Assembly (NCBI GenBank): GCA_047629075.1 | Contig: JBLHWW010000001.1 | Coordinates: 2,261 to 66,260 of the forward strand | Source: Psychromonas sp. | GTDB taxonomy: Bacteria > Pseudomonadota > Gammaproteobacteria > Enterobacterales > Psychromonadaceae | Length of the DNA stretch: 64,000 nt | Direction: 5' to 3' | In this document: piece by piece, positions 48,943-59,585 of the stretch | Layout of the letters: every line of letters starts with the position of its first letter | How positions within the stretch are numbered: the stretch's first letter is position 1 | The notes under the pieces: model-generated | The model's input: only the letters and a program-made list of their open reading frames with translations | Told to the model about the DNA's origin: nothing | Database searches by the model: none | Made by a program: the position numbers and the translations under genes

Positions 48943-49899
48943 CTAATTCAAATCATCAATATGCAAATCATAATCTGCAATCGCAATTGAAATCAAAAAC
49001 TCGAAATATGAATTCATGTTTTTAAATTTCGTTTGTTTTTCATACCCTTTATCAAAAACCTCTCTCGTTGCCCGGGCAATTTTGTAACTAGCAGTTTTAA
49101 GCTTATTTATCAAAACAAACTGATCAACTTCGGTCTCCGGTATTGTACATACCGCTCCATTTTGCAACTGGTATTTTAGAATTCCATCTTTGACACCAAG
49201 CGATTTGCAATTGTTCCCTGAAATCTTCATTTTTCGATCAAGTTTTCTAATTTCATCAGCTAAACAATAGCTAACCACAAACTCACTGAGTCGACTATCA
49301 ACCAATTTGTCTGTATAAATTTTGTCACCAATATGCAGCAAAATTTCAGCGTGTTCTATAGCCGTGTACTTTTTTCTTCCGTTTTTAACACCTAAATAGT
49401 GAGCGTCGAATGACGCTTTTAACTGACTGGTTACGCGCATTTGAATCATTACGCCCCCGCCTATCACTAGCCTGTTCGTTCGATTGCCACTGTTAACTCG
49501 ATTGTCACTCAAGGTAATTGTAGATAAATTAGCGGCTGAAAGGTAAATACTATCGACGCCAACCGCCCCCTGATAACTTAAAAACCCGTCATTTAGAGAT
49601 ATTACATTGTAAAATTGATTGCTAATTTTGAATTTTCTGCCAGGTTTCGATAACGCAGATAATTTACTACTGTTATTACCGTTGGTAGATCGACCGTTTA
49701 AAAATATTTTTTCGATATTGTCTGATAGACATATTTTTTTTACTGCCGTTTCATTTTCAACCTTATAGCTCAATATTCCGCCTACAACGCCCATACTAAT
49801 AGCATCCTGCCCGGCGAACTGAATTAGCGTACCTTCTTTTGATATTTTTCTGCACTTTCTTCGAAGCGCGATATACTGTGGTGTTTGTCTCATAAACAT
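48943..49899 (-). CDS. Hypothetical basic protein with weak internal repeats
   Basis: 318 aa; recurring (G)V..GIL.Y / LNDGFLSY / VKDGILKY segments. Confidence 0.65.
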   Translation of the reverse strand: MFMRQTPQYIALRRKCRKISKEGTLIQFAGQDAISMGVVGGILSYKVENETAVKKICLSDNIEKIFLNGRSTNGNNSSKLSALSKPGRKFKISNQFYNVISLNDGFLSYQGAVGVDSIYLSAANLSTITLSDNRVNSGNRTNRLVIGGGVMIQMRVTSQLKASFDAHYLGVKNGRKKYTAIEHAEILLHIGDKIYTDKLVDSRLSEFVVSYCLADEIRKLDRKMKISGNNCKSLGVKDGILKYQLQNGAVCTIPETEVDQFVLINKLKTASYKIARATREVFDKGYEKQTKFKNMNSYFEFLISIAIADYDLHIDDLN

Positions 49900-49957
49900 G
49901 CCTGATTGATTGATGAACTTAATTGATTTTAAATAAATTAACCGAATGGTGCAAGGT

Positions 49958-50566
49958 TTATAATATTAATCTCAGTTTTTCCCTAAATAAAACCCTGATA
50001 TCGCTTAAGGATTCTATCGTATAAGTTACTTTTTCATGCCGCTTTTTATCCAGATCATCGACAGCCTGTTGACCAATTTTCTTTATCAAATTTGGCGTGT
50101 ACTCGCCTGAATCACCACCGTTGTACATGTTGCAGTCTGCGCGTTGACCGTGGATATTATTTTCATCGTATCTTATCGATGGATTATTGCCAGACTCCCA
50201 AAAGTGACCCGCTTGGTAATTTTCACCCATGGGTTTGTTGCAGCAAATACACAAATCAAACTTGTCCCTTTCTCTTATGAATTCATGAACAACTTTTTTT
50301 GTGTTTTTTTCCGCTGCCTTTAACAACTGCGAGTTTGATTTTTTCTCATTTTTCGGTGTTCTTTTTTTGTTTGGGTGTATTACACTTTGGTAATGCAATG
50401 ATGCTTTTTTGATTTCATTCATTTTTATTTTTTCAAGCGCCGCTTTAGCATTGCAACTCATAGAGCATCTATTTTTCATAAACGCTGGGTCTTTTCCGTG
50501 AGTGTATTTATATTCAACTTTACACTCTAAACAATTTACAGCTCTTTCACGGGCCATTAAAACCAC
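49958..50566 (-). CDS. ninG: NinG/Rap-like endonuclease
   Basis: FIRERD...CICC...AGHF...IRYDENNIHGQ...CN...Y...LIKKIG. Confidence 0.85.
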   Translation of the reverse strand: MVLMARERAVNCLECKVEYKYTHGKDPAFMKNRCSMSCNAKAALEKIKMNEIKKASLHYQSVIHPNKKRTPKNEKKSNSQLLKAAEKNTKKVVHEFIRERDKFDLCICCNKPMGENYQAGHFWESGNNPSIRYDENNIHGQRADCNMYNGGDSGEYTPNLIKKIGQQAVDDLDKKRHEKVTYTIESLSDIRVLFREKLRLIL

Positions 50567-50997
50567 CTCAAAAGTTCATTTATTAAATGCTCATCTGTAC
50601 TATCATCAAATACAATGTTAAGCGCAGCATTTACGGCCCTAGCATAAAACTCTTGCCGTTCTTCTGTAGGCATTTTTTCGTAAGAAATAGACCTCGGAAT
50701 AAATTTAAAAAACTTACCATTTCTATCAAACGTCGGGTCACAATGACCGGCCGCGATAGTGATCACTTCACGAACGATGCTAAGTTGCACGGGGTTTTTA
50801 TGTTCATCCACCCCACCATAATAATGGTCTGTACAGTATGAAAAAAATGCAAATATTTTGCGGTGTAACCCATAGTTTTGTTCTAATTTCACATCGCAAC
50901 TATAAGTCTCGTTAAATTTAATTTTCTTCATTAAATCCTGGCTTTTCTCGTCCGCAGGATAAAAGCCAGTTTTATTTTTTACGAGGTGTATTTTCAT
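50557..50997 (-). CDS. DUF1367-like nin-region protein
   Basis: N..LHRKIFAF...AGH...PRSISYEKM...F Y. Confidence 0.75.
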   Translation of the reverse strand: MKIHLVKNKTGFYPADEKSQDLMKKIKFNETYSCDVKLEQNYGLHRKIFAFFSYCTDHYYGGVDEHKNPVQLSIVREVITIAAGHCDPTFDRNGKFFKFIPRSISYEKMPTEERQEFYARAVNAALNIVFDDSTDEHLINELLRWF

Positions 50998-51875
50998 TTA
51001 ATCCAGTATGTACCCGCATTGCGCCCCTGCCTTGGGTTTTTTCCAACCTGTCCCTCTTCATACATTTCATTCAGTCCGCCTAAAATTGATGCAGTCGAAA
51101 AGGAGCATTTAGGGTGAGCTGATATTTCGCTAGCCGTTAAATGCCGCCTAAGCTCTTTCATAATCAAGGTAATTATTGATCTCCTTCTCCCTGATGTTTT
51201 TTTTGAATCTGAATTCATTTTTGATTTTCGTTTTTTTGTTTGTTTCGTTGCGTTGCTACTTTTGATACCTTGGTATGCTAATTCTAAAATAGTCATGTTT
51301 TCACTGCCTGTTTTATTGTTTATGTTTATTGAATTTTGGACTTGATTACCGAAAACATCCCAGCCAGGTTTGCTATGCCGTGCGAACATTTCCAGTTTTC
51401 TCACATTTGGCCCGTACCTAACTACAATTTGTTTTCTGAAAAAGTTAGGCTTTTCAGAATGTACCCCGGTGTGTGGGATCTTATAGCTAGTATACTGGTT
51501 TCTTTTTTTGCCCTCGCGATACAGGGAGCAAACACTACCCCGGCCAAAAAGCAGTATATACTCGCAATCGGTCATACCATGCGGCCCTGGCGTTCCGTGC
51601 CGTTTTTGCCTTTTAGTTGACTTGACCCAAACTTTATCTAATCGTATGAATTTAAACCCCCATGCGTTGCCAACGTTTTTGGCCTCTTGAATGAAAGCAC
51701 CTGTTACCCACATATGCAACGCGCAGTTATCAGCTGTTAACGCGTTAACGTCCATCATACACAGCTCTTTTATTGACATGGTTTGGTAAATCAACTCGCA
51801 AAATTTACCACCGACAGGACCGCCTGATGTATATTTCCAAGCTGGATCACAATAGATAACATCGTACTCGTTCAT
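50994..51875 (-). CDS. MT-A70 family adenine methyltransferase with ~100-aa C-terminal extension
   Basis: YDVIYCDPAWKY, ALHMWVT, AWGF, HSEKP, KLEMFAR, GWDVFGNQ. Confidence 0.9.
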   Translation of the reverse strand: MNEYDVIYCDPAWKYTSGGPVGGKFCELIYQTMSIKELCMMDVNALTADNCALHMWVTGAFIQEAKNVGNAWGFKFIRLDKVWVKSTKRQKRHGTPGPHGMTDCEYILLFGRGSVCSLYREGKKRNQYTSYKIPHTGVHSEKPNFFRKQIVVRYGPNVRKLEMFARHSKPGWDVFGNQVQNSININNKTGSENMTILELAYQGIKSSNATKQTKKRKSKMNSDSKKTSGRRRSIITLIMKELRRHLTASEISAHPKCSFSTASILGGLNEMYEEGQVGKNPRQGRNAGTYWIK

Positions 51876-52107
51876 AATTCACCTGATTATTTTTAATAAT
51901 TGAAGTGCTAATGCTATCATATTATGTGCAAATAGTAAACCTATTATGTTTAATCAGTTTAATTGCGCTGGTCGGTATTGTTATCATCAAACGAGTTGAC
52001 AATAGTATGAATGGCAATAACGGCAACCGCAATCAACAGTAAAGCAGCTAAAGTTCTCATGGCGCACCGCAAGGGTTCAATATTTTCATTATGGATGACA
52101 CCTCTGT

Positions 52108-52161
52108 TTAATTTAGTTTGCCCGGGGATTAAATAGCCGGGCTTGTGGTCGATCGGTTTTG
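52108..52161 (-). repeat. Cassette 3' box + hairpin (diverged)
   Basis: AACCGATCGACCACAAGCCCGGCTATTTAATCCCCGGGCAAACTAAATTAA. Confidence 0.85.
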
Positions 52162-52686
<525 letters not shown>

Positions 52687-52836
52687 TTTCGATCTCGCTC
52701 TATTTTAGTGGTGGGTTGTGGCGTCTTGCCGATGAATTGATATTAACACATTCAAAGCAGACTGAAGATTTTAAATCTAATTAGTTTAAATTAAGTTTAC
52801 CCGGCTATTAGATGGCCGGGATCGTGGTTGCTCCGT
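52687..52836 (-). repeat. Complete cassette spacer module between copies 6 and 5
   Basis: 3' box, CCCGGCCATCTAATAGCCGGG hairpin, promoter with altered -35 (TTCAG), full leader. Confidence 0.9.
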
Positions 52837-53433
52837 TTATTCTGAAAACATCTTCATGAGTGAAGCTTGAACCACTTCATTTGATTCCGCATAAGCAGCA
52901 GTATAAGCAGCAGCATAAGCATCATCAGCATAGATAGCAGCATCATTAGCATTAGCATGAGCAGCAGCATAAGCAGCAGCATAAGCAGCATAAACAGCAG
53001 AAACAGCAGCATCAGCAGCACAATAAGCAGGAGAAGCTACATAAGCAGCAGAAGCAGCATAAGCAGCAGCATCATAAGCAGCATCACAGACTTTCAATCT
53101 ATTCACCTCGGATGGTTCCGATATCCAATCCTTAGCCGATTGGATCGCAGCATTAGCTCTGGGATCGGTGTGTAGATGCGACACACTTTCAGCGCATTCA
53201 ACGGCGAACTGCACTATCCTGTGCTTTGGCAGGGTTTTACCGGCCAACCACAGAAAATCAGCCGTGGTATTTTTGCCACCGATCAAACTAAAAATCTCAA
53301 CGGGTTGATCGGTGTTGCCGGTTTGTGCGATAAATCGATCAAAACCCGGCTTACACGCACCGAGATCTACTAATTGTTTTTTCGTAATTGTTGGTGCTGG
53401 TGCTGGTGCTGGTATTGGTATTGGTGCTTTCAT
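52837..53433 (-). CDS. Imm5-like Ala-rich cassette protein, copy 6
   Basis: Same core; N-terminal PI/PA hexanucleotide expansion relative to copy 5. Confidence 0.9.
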   Translation of the reverse strand: MKAPIPIPAPAPAPTITKKQLVDLGACKPGFDRFIAQTGNTDQPVEIFSLIGGKNTTADFLWLAGKTLPKHRIVQFAVECAESVSHLHTDPRANAAIQSAKDWISEPSEVNRLKVCDAAYDAAAYAASAAYVASPAYCAADAAVSAVYAAYAAAYAAAHANANDAAIYADDAYAAAYTAAYAESNEVVQASLMKMFSE

Positions 53434-53536
53434 TTTCGATCTCGCTCTATTTTAGTGGTGGGTTGTGGCGTCTTGCCGATGAATTGATATTAACACACTG
53501 GCGGCAGGGTGCAACTTTTAAATCAAATAAGTTTAA
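53434..53536 (-). repeat. Cassette promoter + leader module directly after dnaB stop
   Basis: TTTGATTTAAAAGTTGCAC...GTGTGTTAATATCAATTCATCGGCAAGACGCCACAACCCACCACTAAAATAGAGCGAGATCGAAA-ATG. Confidence 0.9.
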
Positions 53537-54916
53537 TTAAGTAGAATACTTACGGGGTTCATTTTGCTCAACTATCGGCACAGGGCGATCTGTAGAAACA
53601 AATTTACTCCGACTCAAATGACTTTCCAGAACATCAGATCCCACTTCACCCATTCGCACTTTTCCAGAAATTATTTTAGCCAACATGCCGTCCTCATTTT
53701 CTTTCCCGTATTCGTCCCGATGAATTAGCATGATCCAATCCGCAGTTTGCTCTATTGCACTAGCACCAAATAACTCGGATATTTTAGGCTCACCTATGCC
53801 TGATCTGTTCATTTGGGATAAAACTATAATCGGGCAATTCATCTCTTTTGCTAAGTTTTTAAGCCCCAAAACATTTGATCCAATTTCTTCGGTTTTACTC
53901 CTGCCACTACCTGTTATTAGCTGTAGATAATCAACAAAAATACCGTCAACTTTACCATGTTTTATTTTTTGCATTCTGACTCTCGAATTGATTTGAGCTA
54001 GTGATAATCCGCCGCTATCATCGAGGTAAAGATTTGAATCATAAAGGTCTGCCATCGCTTTAGATACTAACGTAAATTGAGTATCATCAGACATATAATC
54101 CGATCGCTTAACGCTGTTAATGCCAATATTTGACATGGAGCTGATCAGTTTATGGCGAATTAAAATGTCAGGCATTTCTAGACTAAAAAACAAAATGTGT
54201 TTCTTTTCGTGGATCGCCATGCTTTCAAGAATGTTCATAGCAAAAGTTGTTTTTCCCATTGAGGGCAGCCCGCCAATTACAATAAGATCTCCATCTTGGG
54301 CACCACCAGATCTTTGATCAAGATCAGCAAATCCAGTGCTAATACCCGTCAACGCAGAGTCGCTCTGAAATACCTTTTCGGCATGATCAACATATTCGCC
54401 CATTTGATCTTTAATGTGCTTTAATCTGCCTTCATTTTCACTTTCGATTCCAACCCCCGCAACCGCAGCAATTGAATCACTAACGCGCTGTGAAATCATC
54501 CCAGAGCCGTTTAATATATTTAATGCGTCAATATATCCCTTATGTAGTTTTCTGGCGCTAGAGTAGCTTTGAATGCGCTTTACGTGACCATCTGAGAATA
54601 TTCTGGGTGAGCTTTTAGCTATTTCACCCAAATAACCAAACCCACCGATCTGATTAGACTGCCCCAATTCGTCAATATGCTGATTTAAGTTTACTAAATC
54701 AAAACTATCACCTTTTCCGTTAAGATGTACAATTGATGCCATGATCAATCGATTTTTCTCAAAATAAAAATCATCAAATGATAATCCATCAAATGCTATT
54801 GCGTTGCTCTCTGTTAGTCGAGCGTTGTTGATTAAGGAGCCAAGCACAGCAGCTTCAGATTCAGCTGAAAACAAATTGTGTTGTGGATTTAGATTTAGCA
54901 TCGAAGAGATCCCCAA
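53537..54916 (-). CDS. dnaB: Replicative DNA helicase
   Basis: GGLPSMGKTTF, FFSLEM, VDYLQL, LSQMNR, AIEQTAD. Confidence 0.95.
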   Translation of the reverse strand: MGISSMLNLNPQHNLFSAESEAAVLGSLINNARLTESNAIAFDGLSFDDFYFEKNRLIMASIVHLNGKGDSFDLVNLNQHIDELGQSNQIGGFGYLGEIAKSSPRIFSDGHVKRIQSYSSARKLHKGYIDALNILNGSGMISQRVSDSIAAVAGVGIESENEGRLKHIKDQMGEYVDHAEKVFQSDSALTGISTGFADLDQRSGGAQDGDLIVIGGLPSMGKTTFAMNILESMAIHEKKHILFFSLEMPDILIRHKLISSMSNIGINSVKRSDYMSDDTQFTLVSKAMADLYDSNLYLDDSGGLSLAQINSRVRMQKIKHGKVDGIFVDYLQLITGSGRSKTEEIGSNVLGLKNLAKEMNCPIIVLSQMNRSGIGEPKISELFGASAIEQTADWIMLIHRDEYGKENEDGMLAKIISGKVRMGEVGSDVLESHLSRSKFVSTDRPVPIVEQNEPRKYST

Positions 54917-55662
54917 TCGAAAGCAATTTCAAAACCGCCGTCTTGTTTTAACCGGTCCATGCATCGCTCACCGATCACGGCGGAAACGGATTCACGGGTT
55001 AAATTGCTAATCAGGATCGTAGGTCGTCGTTGTTGGTAGCGATTGTCGATAACATCAAAGATAAACATTTTTTCAGTGTCGGTCCCACGCTGTACGCCGA
55101 TCTCGTCAATAACCAATAAATCTAAATTACTGTAGTGATCGATAATATCAGACTCTTCGAATTCAGATGATTTACTCCATGACCCTTTGAGCTTGCGGAT
55201 CATATCCATGAGTTTAACGATCTCGCAATTGTGATTATCAACTAGCGATTCAACGATGCACGATGCCAATAACGTTTTACCGGTACCAACTGATCCGATC
55301 ATTAACATGTTACTGACATCAGGGAAGTTAAATAAAAAACAATTTACGGCGTTTACGGCAATGAACTGATTGTTTGTTGTCACAGGAAAATTGTTAATGT
55401 CGTTACCAATAAATCTTGGTGAGATACCGGCATTGACGCATTTCTTGTTATGACGTTCACATACGAGTTTTGATCTTACACCTTGCATGTGAATTTGATT
55501 TTCTTCGGAAATCCTGTCAGATGCGCATTTTGGACATGTCTCAGAGTGTACATATCTCAGTGAAAATCCAGCCCCGACTTGTATATAAGTTGGTTTGAAA
55601 TCCCCGTGAATATTGCACCGTATCGGGATAATGTTTTTTGGCATTGTAGTTGACTCGATCAT
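54895..55662 (-). CDS. DnaC/IstB-like helicase loader ATPase
   Basis: GSVGTGKT, LLVIDEIG, IDNRY..RRPTILISNL, DRL. Confidence 0.9.
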   Translation of the reverse strand: MIESTTMPKNIIPIRCNIHGDFKPTYIQVGAGFSLRYVHSETCPKCASDRISEENQIHMQGVRSKLVCERHNKKCVNAGISPRFIGNDINNFPVTTNNQFIAVNAVNCFLFNFPDVSNMLMIGSVGTGKTLLASCIVESLVDNHNCEIVKLMDMIRKLKGSWSKSSEFEESDIIDHYSNLDLLVIDEIGVQRGTDTEKMFIFDVIDNRYQQRRPTILISNLTRESVSAVIGERCMDRLKQDGGFEIAFDWGSLRC

Positions 55663-56447
55663 AATTTACCGCCCTGAAATGGCCCTGTTGCCATTTTCAT
55701 GTTCATTGGTGTTGATTGCTGGCTTTGCGTGAATTTCTGATTGGCAGTGTTTCTGCCAATAAATTCCTCAACTTTACCGGCGTTCCTAAATATCAGATCA
55801 ATTGAGTTGAAAACCGTTCCAGAATCATTTTTACCCATGTGATAATCAGATTTTTTACAGCCTCTGATTGCCTCGATCAGCTGATCAGGGGTAAAACCCT
55901 CTTTCAATCGGGCCTCAATTTTTGATCTCCGATCTTTGGTTAGTTTGGAACTGCTCTTGCCCATAATTTCTTGCCAGCGGCTAAAGACAAATTCACAGTC
56001 AGTTTTAATAACAATTTTTAATTCCTCAATAGTGTTCGGATCACTTTTAAGTTCATTGTTAAGTTCATTGTTAGGATCGTCCGCAGATTCTGCGGGGGTG
56101 TGGTGCAGATTCTGCGGGGGTGTGGTGCAGATTCTGCGGGGGTGTGGTGCAGATTCTGCGGGGGTTGGCTGATCGTGCAGCTCGATCTCAATGCTTTTTA
56201 ATGTGTAAATACTACTTGTTCCAGCACGTTCTTTGATGTTTAAAAAGCCGTCTTTTTCCAGTGTTTTTACATGGCCTTGGAATGCCCTTTCAGACATCGA
56301 ACAGTTGCCAGCCATTTTAGGTATCGAGTACCAACTAACGCCGTCGTCGTTTGAATTATTAGCTAGCTGCAATAGAGTTAATTTTAATGGAGCTTTTTTT
56401 ATTTCTTGTTCCCACGCCCAAAAAGTCCATTTAGCTGACATTGGCAT
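55659..56447 (-). CDS. Replication initiator (N-terminal HTH, internal iterons)
   Basis: KLTLLQLANNSNDDGVSWYSI..MA..C.MSER; iteron array in linker; upstream of loader and DnaB. Confidence 0.9.
   Translation of the reverse strand: MPMSAKWTFWAWEQEIKKAPLKLTLLQLANNSNDDGVSWYSIPKMAGNCSMSERAFQGHVKTLEKDGFLNIKERAGTSSIYTLKSIEIELHDQPTPAESAPHPRRICTTPPQNLHHTPAESADDPNNELNNELKSDPNTIEELKIVIKTDCEFVFSRWQEIMGKSSSKLTKDRRSKIEARLKEGFTPDQLIEAIRGCKKSDYHMGKNDSGTVFNSIDLIFRNAGKVEEFIGRNTANQKFTQSQQSTPMNMKMATGPFQGGKL
56047..56165. repeat. Replication origin: 22-bp iterons plus AT-rich 12-bp repeats
   Basis: GCAGATTCTGCGGGGGTGTGGT at 56083, 56105, 56127 and partial at 56149; TTAAGTTCATTG x2 at 56047-56070. Confidence 0.85.
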
Positions 56448-57069
56448 TTCCTTCTTCGTAGCCTGTGGATTTTAATATAGCCAATCTGACCGCCTCATCA
56501 TTGTTGTTAAGAACATCCGCAAGCAGCGCTATGTCATTATGCAGTTTACTTCTTAATTTTAACTGCATAACAGTGGCCTCTTCCCAACAAGTAACTCCGC
56601 AAGCCAGTTTTATTTTTGAGGCTACGCTTGTTATTGTTTTTGGGAAATCTGTTTTTCTTGTTTCCCTGACAAAAAGCGCACCGCACATTTTCTTGTAACT
56701 GTCCCCACTTTCATTTCGATGCTTAATAAGGCTATCAAATATCCATTCATAAGTTTCAATTTTTAACTTGGGGCTAATGGCTAGCGCCATGTCAATAAAT
56801 AAAAGTGGGTGTAGCCAAGTGTGGGCGCCTCTGCCTCGCGCTGATTTTTTCACTTTGTCCTTACCAAACTTTATTTGAAGCTCAGATACAAACTCCTTAG
56901 TGCCCTTGTTTTGTAACCAAGCCTTCATCACAAAAAGCGGCATTGAATTTACTGCCCGCCAAGAATTGCCAAGCTTAACTAAGTCGGTTGCGCTAAACAT
57001 CTCTGTTTTGCTGTGCTGCGTTATATGTCCGCCTAGTAGCGGTCTTTGCATTAGTGTTACTGTCTTCAT
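56431..57069 (-). CDS. KilA-N domain protein
   Basis: FSATDL...WL....TKEF...RGRGAHTWLHPLLFIDMALAISP. Confidence 0.85.
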   Translation of the reverse strand: MKTVTLMQRPLLGGHITQHSKTEMFSATDLVKLGNSWRAVNSMPLFVMKAWLQNKGTKEFVSELQIKFGKDKVKKSARGRGAHTWLHPLLFIDMALAISPKLKIETYEWIFDSLIKHRNESGDSYKKMCGALFVRETRKTDFPKTITSVASKIKLACGVTCWEEATVMQLKLRSKLHNDIALLADVLNNNDEAVRLAILKSTGYEEGNANVS

Positions 57070-57261
57070 GAATACTCACTTAGGGGTTGTTAATATCCTT
57101 AATAATATCACCCTTTTATTAAACCGTCAATAATATTGAGGATTTATAGGCGGGTTTATTTTTAATGAAATTTAACACTCTATTATTTTGACGTGCTTAC
57201 TTTTGCTAGGGGGTTTTTATTGGGAGTAATTCAATCAGGGGTCGATATTTTAATTACAAGG

Positions 57262-57297
57262 ATCTTTAATATTAAACCTGAGTTTAATATTAAAGAT
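57262..57297. repeat. 16-bp inverted repeat with 4-nt loop
   Basis: ATCTTTAATATTAAAC-CTGA-GTTTAATATTAAAGAT. Confidence 0.85.
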
Positions 57298-57309
57298 TTC
57301 ATTTTAGCC

Positions 57310-57564
57310 TTACTGGTTAATCAATGATCCTTGACTCGCCAATCGCTCTAAAACATCAACAAACCCGCGCATACATTCAACATTACCGATCATTTTATCA
57401 ACGCTAAACTTATCAATAATGTCTTGCTCTAAATAACCTGCACCGCCATTTTTAAACAGTAACGTATCACCCTCGTAAATAGGATTGCCGCGCGAGTCTA
57501 TTAATGTTGTATTCCGTTTCATTTCTAATAATTGTTCAAGCTCACTTTCTGGTAAATTATTCAT
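57310..57564 (-). CDS. Hypothetical protein with YopX-like motif
   Basis: LIDSRGNPIYEGDTL. Confidence 0.55.
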   Translation of the reverse strand: MNNLPESELEQLLEMKRNTTLIDSRGNPIYEGDTLLFKNGGAGYLEQDIIDKFSVDKMIGNVECMRGFVDVLERLASQGSLINQ

Positions 57565-57567
57565 GAT

Positions 57568-57813
57568 TTACCCCTCGATCTTATCAGTGTTATTGCTCAA
57601 AACTCTGGTATAAATAACTTTCCTATTTACCTGAATTTCAATCTCAAGACCCAGATCCTCAAGAATTCTTTTTGTTGGGTTGGCCCTGCCACAGGTTACC
57701 GATGAAATAAAGGAAGCTGATACACCAAGATGTTTAGCGTACTTACCTTGATTTGAACCGTGGTTGGCAGCAATGTAAATTCTGAGTTCTTTTGCAAAGT
57801 TAACTTCTGACAT
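57568..57813 (-). CDS. Cro-like XRE HTH regulator
   Basis: NQGKYAKHLGVSASFISSV..GR..P; first gene of replication operon. Confidence 0.75.
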   Translation of the reverse strand: MSEVNFAKELRIYIAANHGSNQGKYAKHLGVSASFISSVTCGRANPTKRILEDLGLEIEIQVNRKVIYTRVLSNNTDKIEG

Positions 57814-57986
57814 ATTTATTCCTATTTGGTTTTTATATACCTTAGCATTTAACCAACAAGTTAACCAGATAATTATTTAATTAATTACAAGAAATGAACT
57901 AAAATTTAGTTGTGATTGAGGTTTGACTGTGCTAAGATGGAATCTAAATAAATTGCTACAACGACAATTAAAACAGGTGAAGAACG

Positions 57987-58643
57987 ATGAACAAATTACA
58001 AAAAGAAACGGCAATCGAACTGATGAAAGGCCACCAGGTTGCTGATCTAATTCAACAGGGAGATTGGTTTAACCCAATTTCCGGCGTAGGCTGCTGTTAC
58101 GGGTGCATGATGCAAACGGATGATAACGCGCTAGAAAAAGCAGCGGTATTTATGGGCGTACCCCTTTGGTTCGTTTATCTGTCAGAAGCTGTGTTCGAGG
58201 GATTGCCGGAAGAAGATTCTATCTTTTTTCCGGTACAATTGCTGCAATTGATCCCGGTCGATACCGATTTAACCCCAGTCCTGCATTTAACGGCAATTGC
58301 CCGGTTAACGCCGCTAGCGGCGTTAACAACGGGTGAAGTGAAATCTTGCATCAATGCGGTGATTGATTTACACAAGGATTGGGAGAATGCAACAATTGAA
58401 ATGTGGAGGGCCGCGCAGAAAGCAGCACACAAAGCATGGTTAGAATGTCCAGTGTTTACAGCCGCAGAGTCAGCCGCAAAGTCAGCGGCATATTCGGCGG
58501 GATTGTCAGCAGAGTCAGTATATTCGGTATGTTCGGGGGCATGGTCAGCACTTTCAGCACTTTCAGCACGGGGTTCAGGAGGCATATCGCCAAGGGAACA
58601 GGAGCGGGATAATTTATTTGCAGCCCTGCGCAGTATCAGTTAA
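57987..58643 (+). CDS. Hypothetical Ala/Ser-rich protein, family 2 copy B
   Basis: Inverted near-duplicate of 16930..17691. Confidence 0.85.
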   Translation: MNKLQKETAIELMKGHQVADLIQQGDWFNPISGVGCCYGCMMQTDDNALEKAAVFMGVPLWFVYLSEAVFEGLPEEDSIFFPVQLLQLIPVDTDLTPVLHLTAIARLTPLAALTTGEVKSCINAVIDLHKDWENATIEMWRAAQKAAHKAWLECPVFTAAESAAKSAAYSAGLSAESVYSVCSGAWSALSALSARGSGGISPREQERDNLFAALRSIS

Positions 58644-58684
58644 ATCTAAATTAAACAATAAATAAATCTAATTCGGTAATTATA

Positions 58685-58906
58685 ATGTTGGTAAATAATT
58701 GGAATGAAGTAGTGTTTTTACTTTTGCTGGCTTTTTGTTTTATGATATTTTTTTTATCTCTTTGTGCATGTGCGTACATTTCATATAAGTCATTTCTTGG
58801 TGATCATCAATTCACCTGCCAGGCTGAAAAAAATAGGCAGGGAGACACTGCAATTATAAAGGTGATGATTCTATTTATTGGAACATTTATTTTAAGCCAA
58901 ATTTAA
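58685..58906 (+). CDS. Small membrane protein
   Basis: Two hydrophobic stretches. Confidence 0.45.
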   Translation: MLVNNWNEVVFLLLLAFCFMIFFLSLCACAYISYKSFLGDHQFTCQAEKNRQGDTAIIKVMILFIGTFILSQI

Positions 58907-58945
58907 ATATATCATTTTCTAGCCCCCTACATAAAGGTGATCATC

Positions 58946-59125
58946 ATGGCAACTACATCATTCAACAAAAACTTTGTTGTAACAGATCAAACTAGTATAA
59001 AAAACTTAGCAAAAGATCTTCTTACGCCACATAAAATTGTAATTAATAAACGTGATTATCAAACTGATAAAGTTAAAGGTATCGAACTATTAAAACAACG
59101 ATTGCTCAGCTTAAAGGCTTGCTAA
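58946..59125 (+). CDS. Small hypothetical protein, possibly antitoxin-like
   Basis: MATTSFNKNFVV...; AAGGTG RBS; functional call from recollection only. Confidence 0.5.
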   Translation: MATTSFNKNFVVTDQTSIKNLAKDLLTPHKIVINKRDYQTDKVKGIELLKQRLLSLKAC

Positions 59126-59585
59126 AAGCATTTAATAAAGAAGTATTTTAAGTTAAACAATAACTCAAAACATAGGGAAATACCTTACTAATGATCAAAC
59201 GAGACTAAGAACTAATTTGAGGCGTTGATAAAATGATCGTTTATCCTGGCATCATAGGCACTAGCAAAGGGTCTCGATTATTTTTTAGGTTGCCTGTCTT
59301 GAATGACACCTAGTGCGCATAAATCATAAACCCGATAACTAATTTGAAATAAATAGATTTAAAAATTGCAGTGTTATATAAGTATCTGTATAGTACGTAA
59401 TGTAAACTAATATAGTATGAACAAACTATATTAATTATACAGCATTATATTCCTGCAAATTTCACCTTACGCGAACTTATTAACTTTCAATAAGTCAAAA
59501 TGTAAAAAACATATACTACCAACATGGAAAGCATAAGAACCTTATAGTGGTATGTCATATTTTAAGAATAAATAGAGGATCTAAA

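Noticed and set aside
56083-56165. CRISPR-like array
   Set aside because: Repeats are contiguous with no spacers and lie within the initiator gene; they are iterons
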